From NCBI GenBank assembly GCA_016779525.1, contig JADHNL010000002.1, forward strand, positions 4,437 to 68,436: 64,000 bases of DNA, given 5' to 3'. Source of the DNA: SAR86 cluster bacterium (GTDB lineage: Bacteria > Pseudomonadota > Gammaproteobacteria > Magnimaribacterales > TMED112). Position 1 is the first letter of the stretch, and the number at the start of each line of letters is the position of its first letter. A model generated the notes under the pieces. The model saw only the letters and a list, made by a program, of their open reading frames with translations. It made no database searches and was not told the origin of the DNA. A program made the translations under genes and the position numbers. Positions 22,035-32,686 of the stretch are shown piece after piece.

Positions 22035-23565
22035 TAAGCTCCCACTTAATTTTGTTTTTTTTGGGATATCAGCTTCGTTACCATATTTTGTTACTGGGGC
22101 AGCTTTATCGAGATGGCTTCGAGTGGAGGGTCTTGATTTATCTGACATTGGGCTACTATCTTTAGGCGGCTTAGTTGTAGCATTTAATTTTTTGTGGTCA
22201 CCATTTATAAACAAAATAAAAATCCCAGTTTTATTTAGTTTTCTTGGGTTACGAAGGTCTTGGCTGCTGATTTCTCAACTGTTCTTGGCTATTGCTGTAT
22301 TTTATTTGTCAACGATTGACCCTATTTCAAATTACTCAGGTATCTTAGTACTAATTTTGCTTATAACTTTTCTTGGGTCCATCCAAGATATTGCATTGGA
22401 TGCCTATCGAGTAGAGTACGATGCTTTTTATCCCGCTGCTAATTTAGCAAGCACATATGTCATTGGTTGGCGCATGGGATCATACTTATTGGGAGGGTTA
22501 ATTTTTTCCCAAGAAACCTCACTGCAATGGCCAACAATATATAAATTTATTGCCCTACTTTTCTTAGTTTTGTCATTAACAACAATTTTCTCAAAGCGAG
22601 TTAATGAAAATAACCTTAAATTAGCAAGCTTTAGCCAGCTTTTTCAAGCTATCAAGAATCTCTTTCTAAAAAAAGATCTGGTATTAATACTTCTATTTAT
22701 AGCTTTCTACAGAGTATCAGATCAAGTGCTTGGTTTTATGGCTTATCCTCTGTATACAGACTTAGGCTTTACAGGAGAAAATTTAGCTGCAAAAAACTTT
22801 GGGAACTTTGTTGCAACATTCTTTGGAGCTTTTCTTGCAGCCTCAATTATTAATAGGTTCTCATTGCAAGTTGGTCTTTTTGTTGGAGCTATATTTATTC
22901 TATTAACAAATTTGCTGTTTTCTGCACTTTTTCTCCACCCAAATCTTACCAATTTATTGTTGATAAATTTCTTAGATACTGTTGCCCAAGCTTTTGCTAC
23001 TGCAAGCTTTCTTGCATATTTAGTTACATTAATTAACAGAAATTTTACCGCGATCCAGCATGCAATATTTACTTCATTAATGTTAGTTCCTGGGATGATA
23101 TTGAGAGGCTACTCTGGTTATCTTGTAGAATCATTTGATTACTATAATTTCTTCATTTTTTGTGGCTTCATGGGTATACCTGCAGTACTTATCTCATACT
23201 TTTTCGTAAGAGGCTCACAAGTAAACTCTGAAAATGGATTAAAAATGTTAACTATCCTATTGCTGATAGTAGTTTTTTTACTCTCTTTATTGCGGCTTGA
23301 TCAAGGACCAGGCATCGATGACAAATTTATACATTTTTCGGTTTATGGGTTTATTGCGTTCGTTGGCTTATTGGCAAGCAAGAATAATGCTAAATCTCTT
23401 CTAATTTTGATGTTGATATTATTTGGTGTATTTATTGAATGTCTTCAAGGCCTCTCTGGATTGAGGAATTTTGAGTATATGGATATAATAGCCAATTCTT
23501 TAGGAGTTTTCGGGGGAATTTTCTTATATATTTTTAGTAAAAATTACTTGAAAAAAAATACCTAA
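22027..23565 (+). CDS. ampG: Muropeptide MFS permease AmpG with a C-terminal VanZ-like domain
   Basis: The ATG at 22027 (MFNKLPLNFVFFG) overlaps the ampD stop by 8 nt. MFS/AmpG-like TM core, then a terminal ~110 aa with the VanZ pattern (DKFIHF..Y......E..QG....R......D...N..G..GG). Confidence 0.85.
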   Translation: MFNKLPLNFVFFGISASLPYFVTGAALSRWLRVEGLDLSDIGLLSLGGLVVAFNFLWSPFINKIKIPVLFSFLGLRRSWLLISQLFLAIAVFYLSTIDPISNYSGILVLILLITFLGSIQDIALDAYRVEYDAFYPAANLASTYVIGWRMGSYLLGGLIFSQETSLQWPTIYKFIALLFLVLSLTTIFSKRVNENNLKLASFSQLFQAIKNLFLKKDLVLILLFIAFYRVSDQVLGFMAYPLYTDLGFTGENLAAKNFGNFVATFFGAFLAASIINRFSLQVGLFVGAIFILLTNLLFSALFLHPNLTNLLLINFLDTVAQAFATASFLAYLVTLINRNFTAIQHAIFTSLMLVPGMILRGYSGYLVESFDYYNFFIFCGFMGIPAVLISYFFVRGSQVNSENGLKMLTILLLIVVFLLSLLRLDQGPGIDDKFIHFSVYGFIAFVGLLASKNNAKSLLILMLILFGVFIECLQGLSGLRNFEYMDIIANSLGVFGGIFLYIFSKNYLKKNT

Positions 23566-23575
23566 ATCCCAGATA
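23547..23575 (+). promoter_or_regulatory. Candidate sigma-32 heat-shock promoter for groESL
   Basis: CTTGAAA (23547-23553), a 14 nt spacer, then CCCAGATA (23568-23575), compared with the consensus CTTGAAA-N13-17-CCCCATnT. It lies about 30 nt upstream of groES and partly inside the ampG 3' end. Confidence 0.45.
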
Positions 23576-23604
23576 ATCCTTAGTTATTTGGAGGATAACA
23601 AAAA

Positions 23605-25544
<1,940 letters not shown>

Positions 25545-25565
25545 TCTTTTAAAATTTAAATTAAA

Positions 25566-25590
25566 GGGAGCTTCAAGCTCCCTTTTTTTT
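25566..25590 (+). terminator. Rho-independent terminator of groESL
   Basis: GGGAGCT-TCA-AGCTCCC hairpin followed by T8. Confidence 0.85.
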
Positions 25591-25624
25591 ATTCTTGAAT
25601 TAGAATATTAGTTGGAGAAAAATC

Positions 25625-26284
25625 ATGTATGAGTTTTTATCACAAATAGATCGTTTCCTTCATGTTTTATTCGGTATAACATGGATAGGTCTACTTTATT
25701 ATTTTAATTTTGTAGGATCAGGTTATCTTAAAGAGGCTTCACCTGAGGGGAAAAAAGATGCACTTCAGAAGTTGGTTCCTAATGCTTTATGGTATTTTAG
25801 ATGGGCAGCTCTATTCACCTTTATAACAGGACTTTATCTGCTTTATTACGTTTCTGAGATACCTGGTGCATATAACGTCGGGATCTCATTAGGCGCAACT
25901 ATGGCAACAATTATGTTCTTGAATGTGTGGCTGATAATTTGGCCAAACCAAAAGAAAGTAATCGCAGGCACTGCAGATGCAGCAGAGGCAGGTGCAAAAG
26001 CAGCACTGGCTTCTAGGACAAATACATTGTTTTCATTCCCAATGCTTTATTTCATGATCTATTCAGCGCATATAAATTATGGAAATGACCCATTAATTTT
26101 AGCCGGAGATTTTGGTCCAGGTTGGAGCTCCTATTCATTATGGGTAGGCACGTTAGTTATTCTATTGATTGAATTAAACGCCATCTTTGGAAAGATGAGA
26201 AAATGGTTTGAATCAGTAAAAGCAGTAATTCATTCCGGAATATTGCTAACAGTACTCTTTGGCGCTTTAGTCTATTATTTTTAG
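25625..26284 (+). CDS. Conserved polytopic membrane protein of unknown function (resembles the membrane domain of PuuD-type proteins; weak)
   Basis: 219 aa with about 5 TM segments. The N-terminal HVLFGITWIGLLYYFNFV motif is recalled from memory only. The coding call rests on ORF length and genome compactness. Confidence 0.65.
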   Translation: MYEFLSQIDRFLHVLFGITWIGLLYYFNFVGSGYLKEASPEGKKDALQKLVPNALWYFRWAALFTFITGLYLLYYVSEIPGAYNVGISLGATMATIMFLNVWLIIWPNQKKVIAGTADAAEAGAKAALASRTNTLFSFPMLYFMIYSAHINYGNDPLILAGDFGPGWSSYSLWVGTLVILLIELNAIFGKMRKWFESVKAVIHSGILLTVLFGALVYYF

Positions 26285-27534
26285 GAAATATCAGTGGAGT
26301 CTTCAGAGACTCTGCTGACTTTTACCTCTTTAATTAGGTTGTCTTCGATTCCTAGTGTTTCAAGCTTATAGCTTCCAAGAGTAATACAGATATTCGCGGT
26401 GGGAATCATATCCAATTCATCGGTGATTAGACCACTTATTGTTTTTTGGCCATCCTCTGGCAGATCCCAAGACATAAAGGCATTAAGCTCCCTAATCGTT
26501 GTTGATCCATCAGCAGTAACAGATAAATCATCGTTAATTAACATACCCAGATCTGTTTCTTCTTGGTTAAGTCTGCCAATAACCTGTTCAATAAGATCTT
26601 CTAGAGTAACTATCCCAGTAAAGTTGCCATATTCATCAACAACCATACCTATTTCATTACCTGTTTTTTGAAACTGTTTTAGTTGTGCAAAAAGCGATGT
26701 AGATTCAGGCACATAGTAAGGGCTGATTAAGATATCTCTTGCCGAGCTACCTAAAGCTTGCAATTGATCGGCCTCTTTAGAGTGTATGAAGCCAATAATA
26801 TCCTGAGAAGTTTCATCAAATACAGGGAAAAAGATATCTTTTTCAGGGAAATTTTTAATTTCTTCATCATTAATTTTGATAGATATTACTTCTTGTATGG
26901 GTATAAGGATGTCTTCAACGGTGAGTTCTTTAAGCTCTAGTAGTGACTTTAAAGCTATCATTTCATCTTCATCGACCTGTTCGGTATCTTTCTGTAAAAC
27001 TGATTTAAGCTCATCTCTATTTAGATTTTGTGAAAAATAATTTTCATCACTGTTCGTTCCTGTAATTAAATTTCCTATTGAAGTTAGAATTTTTGCAAAC
27101 CAACCAATTATATTTGTCAAAATTTCCAAAGGTCTGCTTGCAGGATATGCTATAGACTCTGGTTGCTTAGTAGCATAATTTTTTGGAGCAATTTCAGCAA
27201 AAATAATTACAACTATTGTTAAAATTAACGTGCCTGCCCAAACATACTGGTCCCCAAATTTACTAATAATATAGTAGGTTAGTAATGCCGATGCAGATAT
27301 ATTAACCAGGTTATTCCCAATAAGAATAACACCCAAAACCTCTGTAATTTTTGCTCTTAATGAATTTACTCTTTTAGCAGGTATGCTTCCTTTTTCTTCA
27401 GCATTATCAAGCTTGATTTGATTAATTGCCATTAGAGATGTTTCTGAACTAGAAAAAAATGCAGACAATAAAATAAGAATAAGCAAAATGATTGCTACAA
27501 GCAGATCAAAATTATCGAATGTAGCAATATCCAA
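26281..27534 (-). CDS. CNNM/DUF21-CBS-CorC_HlyC family transporter-associated protein (TlyC/CorC-like)
   Basis: 417 aa. N-terminal DUF21 TM domain (SSSETSLMA), a CBS pair, and a C-terminal CorC/HlyC domain (TISGLITDELDMIP). Confidence 0.88.
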   Translation of the reverse strand: MDIATFDNFDLLVAIILLILILLSAFFSSSETSLMAINQIKLDNAEEKGSIPAKRVNSLRAKITEVLGVILIGNNLVNISASALLTYYIISKFGDQYVWAGTLILTIVVIIFAEIAPKNYATKQPESIAYPASRPLEILTNIIGWFAKILTSIGNLITGTNSDENYFSQNLNRDELKSVLQKDTEQVDEDEMIALKSLLELKELTVEDILIPIQEVISIKINDEEIKNFPEKDIFFPVFDETSQDIIGFIHSKEADQLQALGSSARDILISPYYVPESTSLFAQLKQFQKTGNEIGMVVDEYGNFTGIVTLEDLIEQVIGRLNQEETDLGMLINDDLSVTADGSTTIRELNAFMSWDLPEDGQKTISGLITDELDMIPTANICITLGSYKLETLGIEDNLIKEVKVSRVSEDSTDIS

Positions 27535-27619
27535 AATTAATTAAGAAATAAGTAAATATTCTGTGAATCTTCTTCAGAAAAGGTGTAAAATGCCATTTTC
27601 AAATATTATACATTAAAAA

Positions 27620-28417
27620 ATGGTTGTAATTAGACTTTCTAGAGGGGGCGCAAAGAAGAGGCCTTTTTATCATATTTCAGTTTCAGACAGAAGAAATAAG
27701 AGAGATGGTAGCTTTATTGAGAAAATTGGCTTTTATAACCCAATAGCTAAAGATGGGGAAGAAAAAATAAAGGTCAATTTTGAGAGATATGAGTACTGGC
27801 TATCAGTAGGGGCTCAACCAACTGACACAGTTGAAATGCTAGTTAAAAGATCTGGCATGTCTGCAGAAGAGATTGAAAAAATTGAAAACAAAAAGAAAGA
27901 ACAACAACGTCTTAAAAAAGAAAAAGAAATATTAGCAGCTCAAGAAAAAGCTGCTGCTGAAGAAGCACCTGCCGAAGAGGTACCTGCCGAAGAAGCACCT
28001 GCCGAAGAAGCGCCTGCCGAAGAAGCACCTGCCGAAGAGGTGCCTGCAGAAGAAGCACCTGCCGAAGAAGCACCTGCCGAAGAAGCACCTGCAGAAGAAG
28101 CACCTGCCGAAGAAGCACCTGCCGAAGAAGCACCTGCTGAAGAGGTACCTGCAGAAGAAGCACCTGCAGAAGAAGCACCTGCAGAAGAAGCACCTGCCGA
28201 AGAAGCACCTGCTGAAGAGGTGCCTGCTGAAGAAGCACCTGCTGAAGAGGTACCTGCTGAAGAAGCACCTGCCGAAGAAGCACCTGCCGAAGAAGCACCT
28301 GCAGAAGAAGCACCTGCAGAAGAAGCACCTGCCGAAGAAGCACCTGCTGAAGAGGTACCTGCTGAAGAAGCACCTGCCGAAGAAGCACCTGCTGAAGAAG
28401 AAAAGAAAGATCAATAG
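27620..28417 (+). CDS. rpsP: 30S ribosomal protein S16 with a long C-terminal AEE(A/V)P repeat extension
   Basis: The N-terminal ~80 aa are canonical S16 (MVVIRLSRGGAKKRPFYHI..DGSFIEKIGFYNP). Residues 113-257 are 29 tandem AEEAP/AEEVP units. Confidence 0.93.
   Translation: MVVIRLSRGGAKKRPFYHISVSDRRNKRDGSFIEKIGFYNPIAKDGEEKIKVNFERYEYWLSVGAQPTDTVEMLVKRSGMSAEEIEKIENKKKEQQRLKKEKEILAAQEKAAAEEAPAEEVPAEEAPAEEAPAEEAPAEEVPAEEAPAEEAPAEEAPAEEAPAEEAPAEEAPAEEVPAEEAPAEEAPAEEAPAEEAPAEEVPAEEAPAEEVPAEEAPAEEAPAEEAPAEEAPAEEAPAEEAPAEEVPAEEAPAEEAPAEEEKKDQ
27956..28390 (+). repeat. 15-nt tandem repeat (29 units) encoding AEE(A/V)P inside rpsP
   Basis: Directly visible repeats of gca cct gcN gaa gaR with synonymous gcc/gca/gct variation and Ala/Val (gca/gta/gtg) alternation. 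Confidence 0.97.
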
Positions 28418-28418
28418 T

Positions 28419-28895
28419 ATCAATATTGTTTCCGTTGCAAAATTTGGAAAAACCCATGGATTAAAAGGGGAAATAAGGGTTAATTCATTTTGCAATCCAG
28501 TAGAAAATATTCTGTACTACAAAAAATTTTATTTAAAAGATGGATCTGAAATTCAGATTGATTTTTTAAATTCATCTCATCCCTACATTGCTAAAGTTAA
28601 AAATATAGATTCAATTGAGGATGCAAAAAAACTTGTTAACGAGGAGATATTTATTTTTGAAGGAGAGATGCAAAAAGATGAAGAAGCTATTTACTGGAAT
28701 GATTTGCTTGGGTGTGAGGTAGTCAATGATTCAGAAATTATGCTTGGAACAGTCTATAAAGTTGATAATCATGGTGCATCAGATTTAATTTTTATTAAGA
28801 CAGACAACGATGACATTATTATCCCACTAGAAGATATTTTTCTTATAGATTTTGATAAACACAATAAAATACTCAGGGTCGATTGGGATATATAA
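28419..28895 (+). CDS. rimM: Ribosome maturation factor RimM (no canonical start codon)
   Basis: The frame is open from 28419 (INIVSVAKFGKTHGLKGEIRVNSF...), matching the RimM N-terminal GxxGxxG(E)hxV motif, with the PRC barrel downstream (YWNDLLGCEV). The first ATG/GTG/TTG in frame is only at 28668. rpsP-rimM-trmD-rplS synteny. Confidence 0.75.
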   Translation: MNIVSVAKFGKTHGLKGEIRVNSFCNPVENILYYKKFYLKDGSEIQIDFLNSSHPYIAKVKNIDSIEDAKKLVNEEIFIFEGEMQKDEEAIYWNDLLGCEVVNDSEIMLGTVYKVDNHGASDLIFIKTDNDDIIIPLEDIFLIDFDKHNKILRVDWDI

Positions 28896-28912
28896 GATAT
28901 ATACTTTCTTTT

Positions 28913-29638
28913 ATGAATATAAATGTAATTGCTCTATTTCCTGAAGTGATTAAATCATCATTAGTAGGTGTCACTGGGAAAGCATTTGAAAATGAAAAAG
29001 CAAAATTAAACCTTGTTGATTTAAAAGACTTTTCTACAAACTCATATGGGAGTGTTGATGATTCTCCTTACGGTGGCGGAGAGGGTATGGTTATGTGTAT
29101 AGAGCCACTTGAAAAAGCGCTAAGAAGCATATGCAGTACTGGAAAGGTAGTTAATTTAAGTCCACAAGGGAAAATTTTTAATCATAAAAAAGCCATAGAA
29201 CTATCTCTGTTGGAAAACATCACTTTTATATGTGGGAGATATGAAGGCATTGATCAAAGATTTATTGATAGCTATGTAGATGAAGAAATATCTATTGGTG
29301 ACTTTGTTTTAAGTGGAGGAGAGATTGCTGCATCTGTAATTATAGATTCAATGCTAAGAAATCTTCCAGGAGTGATAGGAAATCAAGATTCTGTAAATAA
29401 GGATAGCCACAGCCATGGCAAACTGAAAGGATATTCCTTCACAAAACCAGCAACATATAACAATCAAGAAGTGCCTGAAGTGCTAACATCTGGCGACCAT
29501 GAAAAAATAGCTAATTGGAAGTTAGCAAATAGTCTGTGGGTTACTAAACAAAAAAGGCCAGATTTATTTGAACAATTACAACTTTCTGAAAAAGAAATGA
29601 TATTATTACGAGACTACGAATCTGGTAAACTTAGCTGA
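28913..29638 (+). CDS. trmD: tRNA (guanine37-N1)-methyltransferase
   Basis: MNINVIALFPEV aligns with E. coli MWIGIISLFPEM. Motifs DDSPYGGGEGMVM, CGRYEGIDQR, IGDFVLSGGE. An alternative upstream ATG exists at 28883. Confidence 0.95.
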   Translation: MNINVIALFPEVIKSSLVGVTGKAFENEKAKLNLVDLKDFSTNSYGSVDDSPYGGGEGMVMCIEPLEKALRSICSTGKVVNLSPQGKIFNHKKAIELSLLENITFICGRYEGIDQRFIDSYVDEEISIGDFVLSGGEIAASVIIDSMLRNLPGVIGNQDSVNKDSHSHGKLKGYSFTKPATYNNQEVPEVLTSGDHEKIANWKLANSLWVTKQKRPDLFEQLQLSEKEMILLRDYESGKLS

Positions 29639-29647
29639 TAAAGGGAA

Positions 29648-29995
29648 ATGACTAAAAATTTAGTAGAAAAAGTTGAAAAAATACAACTTAAAGAAATACC
29701 TGAATTTAGAACAGGTGATACCGTTGTTGTTCAAGTAAGAGTTACTGAAGGTGAAAGGTCAAGACTGCAAGCATTCGAAGGGCTTGTAATATCAAAAAAG
29801 AAAAGAGGCCTTAATTCATCTTTTATTGTAAGAAAAATATCAAATGGAGTTGGTGTTGAAAGAACTTTTCAAACGCACAGTCCATTAATAGAGTCTATTA
29901 AAGTTAAAAGAAGAGGGCTTGTAAGACAATCTAAACTTTACTATATTCGTGAAAGATCTGGAAAATCTGCTAGGATTAAAGAAAAAATTAGTTAG
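29648..29995 (+). CDS. rplS: 50S ribosomal protein L19
   Basis: 115 aa. [25 protein letters not shown] signature. Confidence 0.97.
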   Translation: MTKNLVEKVEKIQLKEIPEFRTGDTVVVQVRVTEGERSRLQAFEGLVISKKKRGLNSSFIVRKISNGVGVERTFQTHSPLIESIKVKRRGLVRQSKLYYIRERSGKSARIKEKIS

Positions 29996-30891
29996 TGCAG
30001 TTCCAATCCAAATTATTAATTGAAAGCTTCTTAGACAACCTCTGGTTAGAAAAAAACCTTTCAGAGAACACTCTTGCTTCCTATAAGAACGATCTATTTA
30101 AGTTCAACCAATTTTTAGAAAAAAATAGAAAATCAGCATTAGATGCAGATCACTTTCTGTTAATTTCATATTTAAGTAGTTTGTTAGATAACAATCTTTC
30201 ATCCAAAACAATCTCAAGAAATTTATCTGCTCTAAAGAGCTTCTTCAAATATTTGGTGAGTATTGAACAGATCGATTTTAACCCCACTGAAAATATTGAC
30301 CCACCAAAATCAGGCTTGTATTTACCAACAACATTAACTACTGAGGAAACAGATAAATTATTGAATTCTCCAGATGAAGATAATTTTATCGAATTAAGAG
30401 ACAAAGCAATGTTGTATGTTCTATATTCATGTGGATTACGAGTTTCAGAATTAATAGGTCTTACGATCAATAATATTGACCTAAATAGAGGTTCAGTAAA
30501 GGTTCTTGGAAAAGGATCTAAGGAGAGACTTGTGCCAATGTCTGAGCAGTCTGTTGAGATGGTAAAAAAATATTTATCTTCATCAAGAGAAAAACTGGCA
30601 AAGAATAATGATTTTCATTATGTTTTCCTTTCAACGCATGGAAGGAGAATCACAAGACAAAGTTTTTGGCATAGAGTAAAGATATACATGAGAAAAGAAA
30701 ATATAGAAAAAGAAATTTACCCACATACACTAAGACATGCATTTGCAACACACATGCTCAATAATGGAGCTGATTTAAGATCTGTACAGCTATTGCTTGG
30801 TCATAGAGATTTATCAACAACACAAATCTATACCCATGTCGCACAATCTGAAATGAAGAATTTGCATAAAAAACATCACCCGAGAGGTTAA
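29995..30891 (+). CDS. xerD: Tyrosine recombinase XerD
   Basis: 298 aa with a GTG start. R..HxxR..Y catalytic pattern (HTLRHAFATHML, LLGHRDLSTTQIYTH). xerD-dsbC-prfB-lysS synteny as in E. coli. Confidence 0.9.
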   Translation: MQFQSKLLIESFLDNLWLEKNLSENTLASYKNDLFKFNQFLEKNRKSALDADHFLLISYLSSLLDNNLSSKTISRNLSALKSFFKYLVSIEQIDFNPTENIDPPKSGLYLPTTLTTEETDKLLNSPDEDNFIELRDKAMLYVLYSCGLRVSELIGLTINNIDLNRGSVKVLGKGSKERLVPMSEQSVEMVKKYLSSSREKLAKNNDFHYVFLSTHGRRITRQSFWHRVKIYMRKENIEKEIYPHTLRHAFATHMLNNGADLRSVQLLLGHRDLSTTQIYTHVAQSEMKNLHKKHHPRG

Positions 30892-30893
30892 AA

Positions 30894-31598
30894 ATGAAAC
30901 TTAGATTTCTGCTACTTCTAATATATGCCTTTACAGCTCAACCTTCAGAGGAGGTAAAATTAAAGCTAGAATCGATGCTTCCTCCAGGGGTAAATTTAAA
31001 TTTTTATGAAGACGCACAAATAGATAATTTCTACGCCCTTAATGTAGCAAACAATCAAGTTATTTATATTTCTAAAGATTTCCAGTTTATTTTTGCTGGG
31101 GAGGTAATCAAATCATTACCCTCTGGTCTGGAAAGTGTGAACGAACAGTACCAACGCAAACTTATTTTAAATTTGTTATCTGAAGTGCCTGAATCAGAGT
31201 CGATTCAATTTATGTCTGAAAATGAAAAGCATTCAATTTATGTTTTTACAGATGTGACCTGCGCTTATTGTCGAATATTCCATTCAAACATACGTGAATA
31301 TCTTGATAGGGGAATATCAGTATCCTACCTCGCATTCCCAAGAGATGGTATGGGTGGAAGTAGTTCAGAAAATATGAAAAGTGCTTGGTGCAGCAGTGAT
31401 AGAGCCTCAGCAGTCACACAATTGAAGTTAGGCAAAGATATTGCAAAAGCTAGTTGCAAAGACCCTATTGCAAAACATTTTGAAATAGGAAAGATGATTG
31501 GTGTAACGGGAACTCCATCAATCATTCTTGGTGATGGCCAAATGTTATCAGGCTATATTCCTGCAGAAGATTTAATTAAAATACTAGATAATGGATAA
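30894..31598 (+). CDS. dsbC: Periplasmic thiol:disulfide interchange protein DsbC/DsbG family
   Basis: 234 aa. Signal peptide, thioredoxin-fold CAYC active site, C-terminal GTPSII motif. Confidence 0.85.
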   Translation: MKLRFLLLLIYAFTAQPSEEVKLKLESMLPPGVNLNFYEDAQIDNFYALNVANNQVIYISKDFQFIFAGEVIKSLPSGLESVNEQYQRKLILNLLSEVPESESIQFMSENEKHSIYVFTDVTCAYCRIFHSNIREYLDRGISVSYLAFPRDGMGGSSSENMKSAWCSSDRASAVTQLKLGKDIAKASCKDPIAKHFEIGKMIGVTGTPSIILGDGQMLSGYIPAEDLIKILDNG

Positions 31599-32686
31599 TT
31601 CAGAACTGCTCTTAAGAATATCAAAAACCAGTGAGCGCATTGGAGAGCTTAGGGGGTTCCTTTGACCCTGACAAACTAAAACAAGAACTAGAACACCTAG
31701 ATAAATCTCTACAAGATCCAGAGAATTGGAAAAACCATTCAAAACTTAATGCATTAAACAAAGAAAAAACAACACTTGAACAAAAATTAGATGAATTTAA
31801 AAGAATTGAAGATGGTTTCAATGAGATTTCTGATTTAGTAGATATTTCTATTGAGCTTGGAGACGAAAATGAATTGTCCAATCAGGAAGGTGCGTTAAAT
31901 ATTCTTGACGAAGAGATAGACTCACTTGAAACAAAGCGTTACTTTTCACGCGAAAATGACCTCAATAATGCCTTTTTGGATGTTCAATCTGGCTCTGGTG
32001 GTACAGAAGCTCAAGATTGGGCAGAAATGCTATTCAGAATGTACTCTAGATGGGCAGAGGATATGGATTTTACTGTAAAGATAGAAGAATTTTCCCCTGG
32101 AGATGTGGCAGGTATTAAAAGTGCAAGCTTAAATATAAATGGTCCTTATGCTTATGGTTGGCTTAGAACAGAAACTGGAATACATCGTCTTGTAAGAAAA
32201 TCACCATTCGATTCTGGCAACAGAAGGCATACATCGTTTGCAGCTGTGTTTGTTTCTCCTGAGATTGATGATGACATAGAAATTGATTTAGATATGTCAC
32301 AAGTTAGGATCGATACTTATCGGGCATCTGGAGCAGGAGGACAACATGTCAATAAAACCGATTCTGCTGTAAGACTAACGCATATTACAAGTGGATTAGT
32401 TGTCCAATGTCAGTCACAAAGATCACAACACCAAAATAAAGATAGAGCAATCAAGCAATTAAAATCAAAACTATATGAGCTTGAATTGCAAAAGAGGGAG
32501 GAGGAGATAAAGAAAGTAGAAGATTCAAAAACAGATATTGGGTGGGGTAATCAAATCAGATCTTACGTCTTAGATCAGTCTAGAATAAAAGATATTAGAA
32601 CAAAGTATGAGGAAACAAATACTCAGTCAGTATTAGATGGTAAAATTAATAACTTCATAAAAGCTAGCTTAAAAAATGGATACTAA
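31591..32686 (+). CDS. prfB: Peptide chain release factor 2 (programmed +1 frameshift; join 31591..31662, 31664..32686)
   Basis: Frame 0 reads MDNSELLLRISKTSERIGELRGFL then TGA. The +1 frame continues DPDKLKQELE... with the SPF and GGQ (SGAGGQHVN) motifs. The AGGGGG-N3-CTTTGAC shift site is present. Confidence 0.95.
31651..31666 (+). promoter_or_regulatory. prfB +1 frameshift cassette (internal SD AGGGGG + CTT TGA C)
   Basis: AGGGGGTTCCTTTGAC matches the classic RF2 autoregulatory site (SD-like element 3 nt upstream of CUU UGA C). Confidence 0.93.

Noticed and set aside
27956-28390. The tandem repeat array considered as a possible CRISPR or minisatellite outside genes.
   Set aside because: The period is 15 nt with no spacers, and the array lies fully in frame inside rpsP. 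It is a coding low-complexity repeat, not a CRISPR.
27912-28495. Two long minus-strand ORFs (181 and 187 aa) made of (LLRQV)n / (CFFGR)n repeats.
   Set aside because: They are antisense read-throughs of the rpsP 15-nt repeat. The absence of stop codons is a by-product of the repeat unit, and there is no independent coding signal.
29995-30891. The tyrosine recombinase as a marker of an integrated mobile element.
   Set aside because: The conserved xerD-dsbC-prfB-lysS synteny and XerD-type motifs point to the housekeeping dif recombinase. There is no flanking att-like repeat, tRNA or phage/IS gene.
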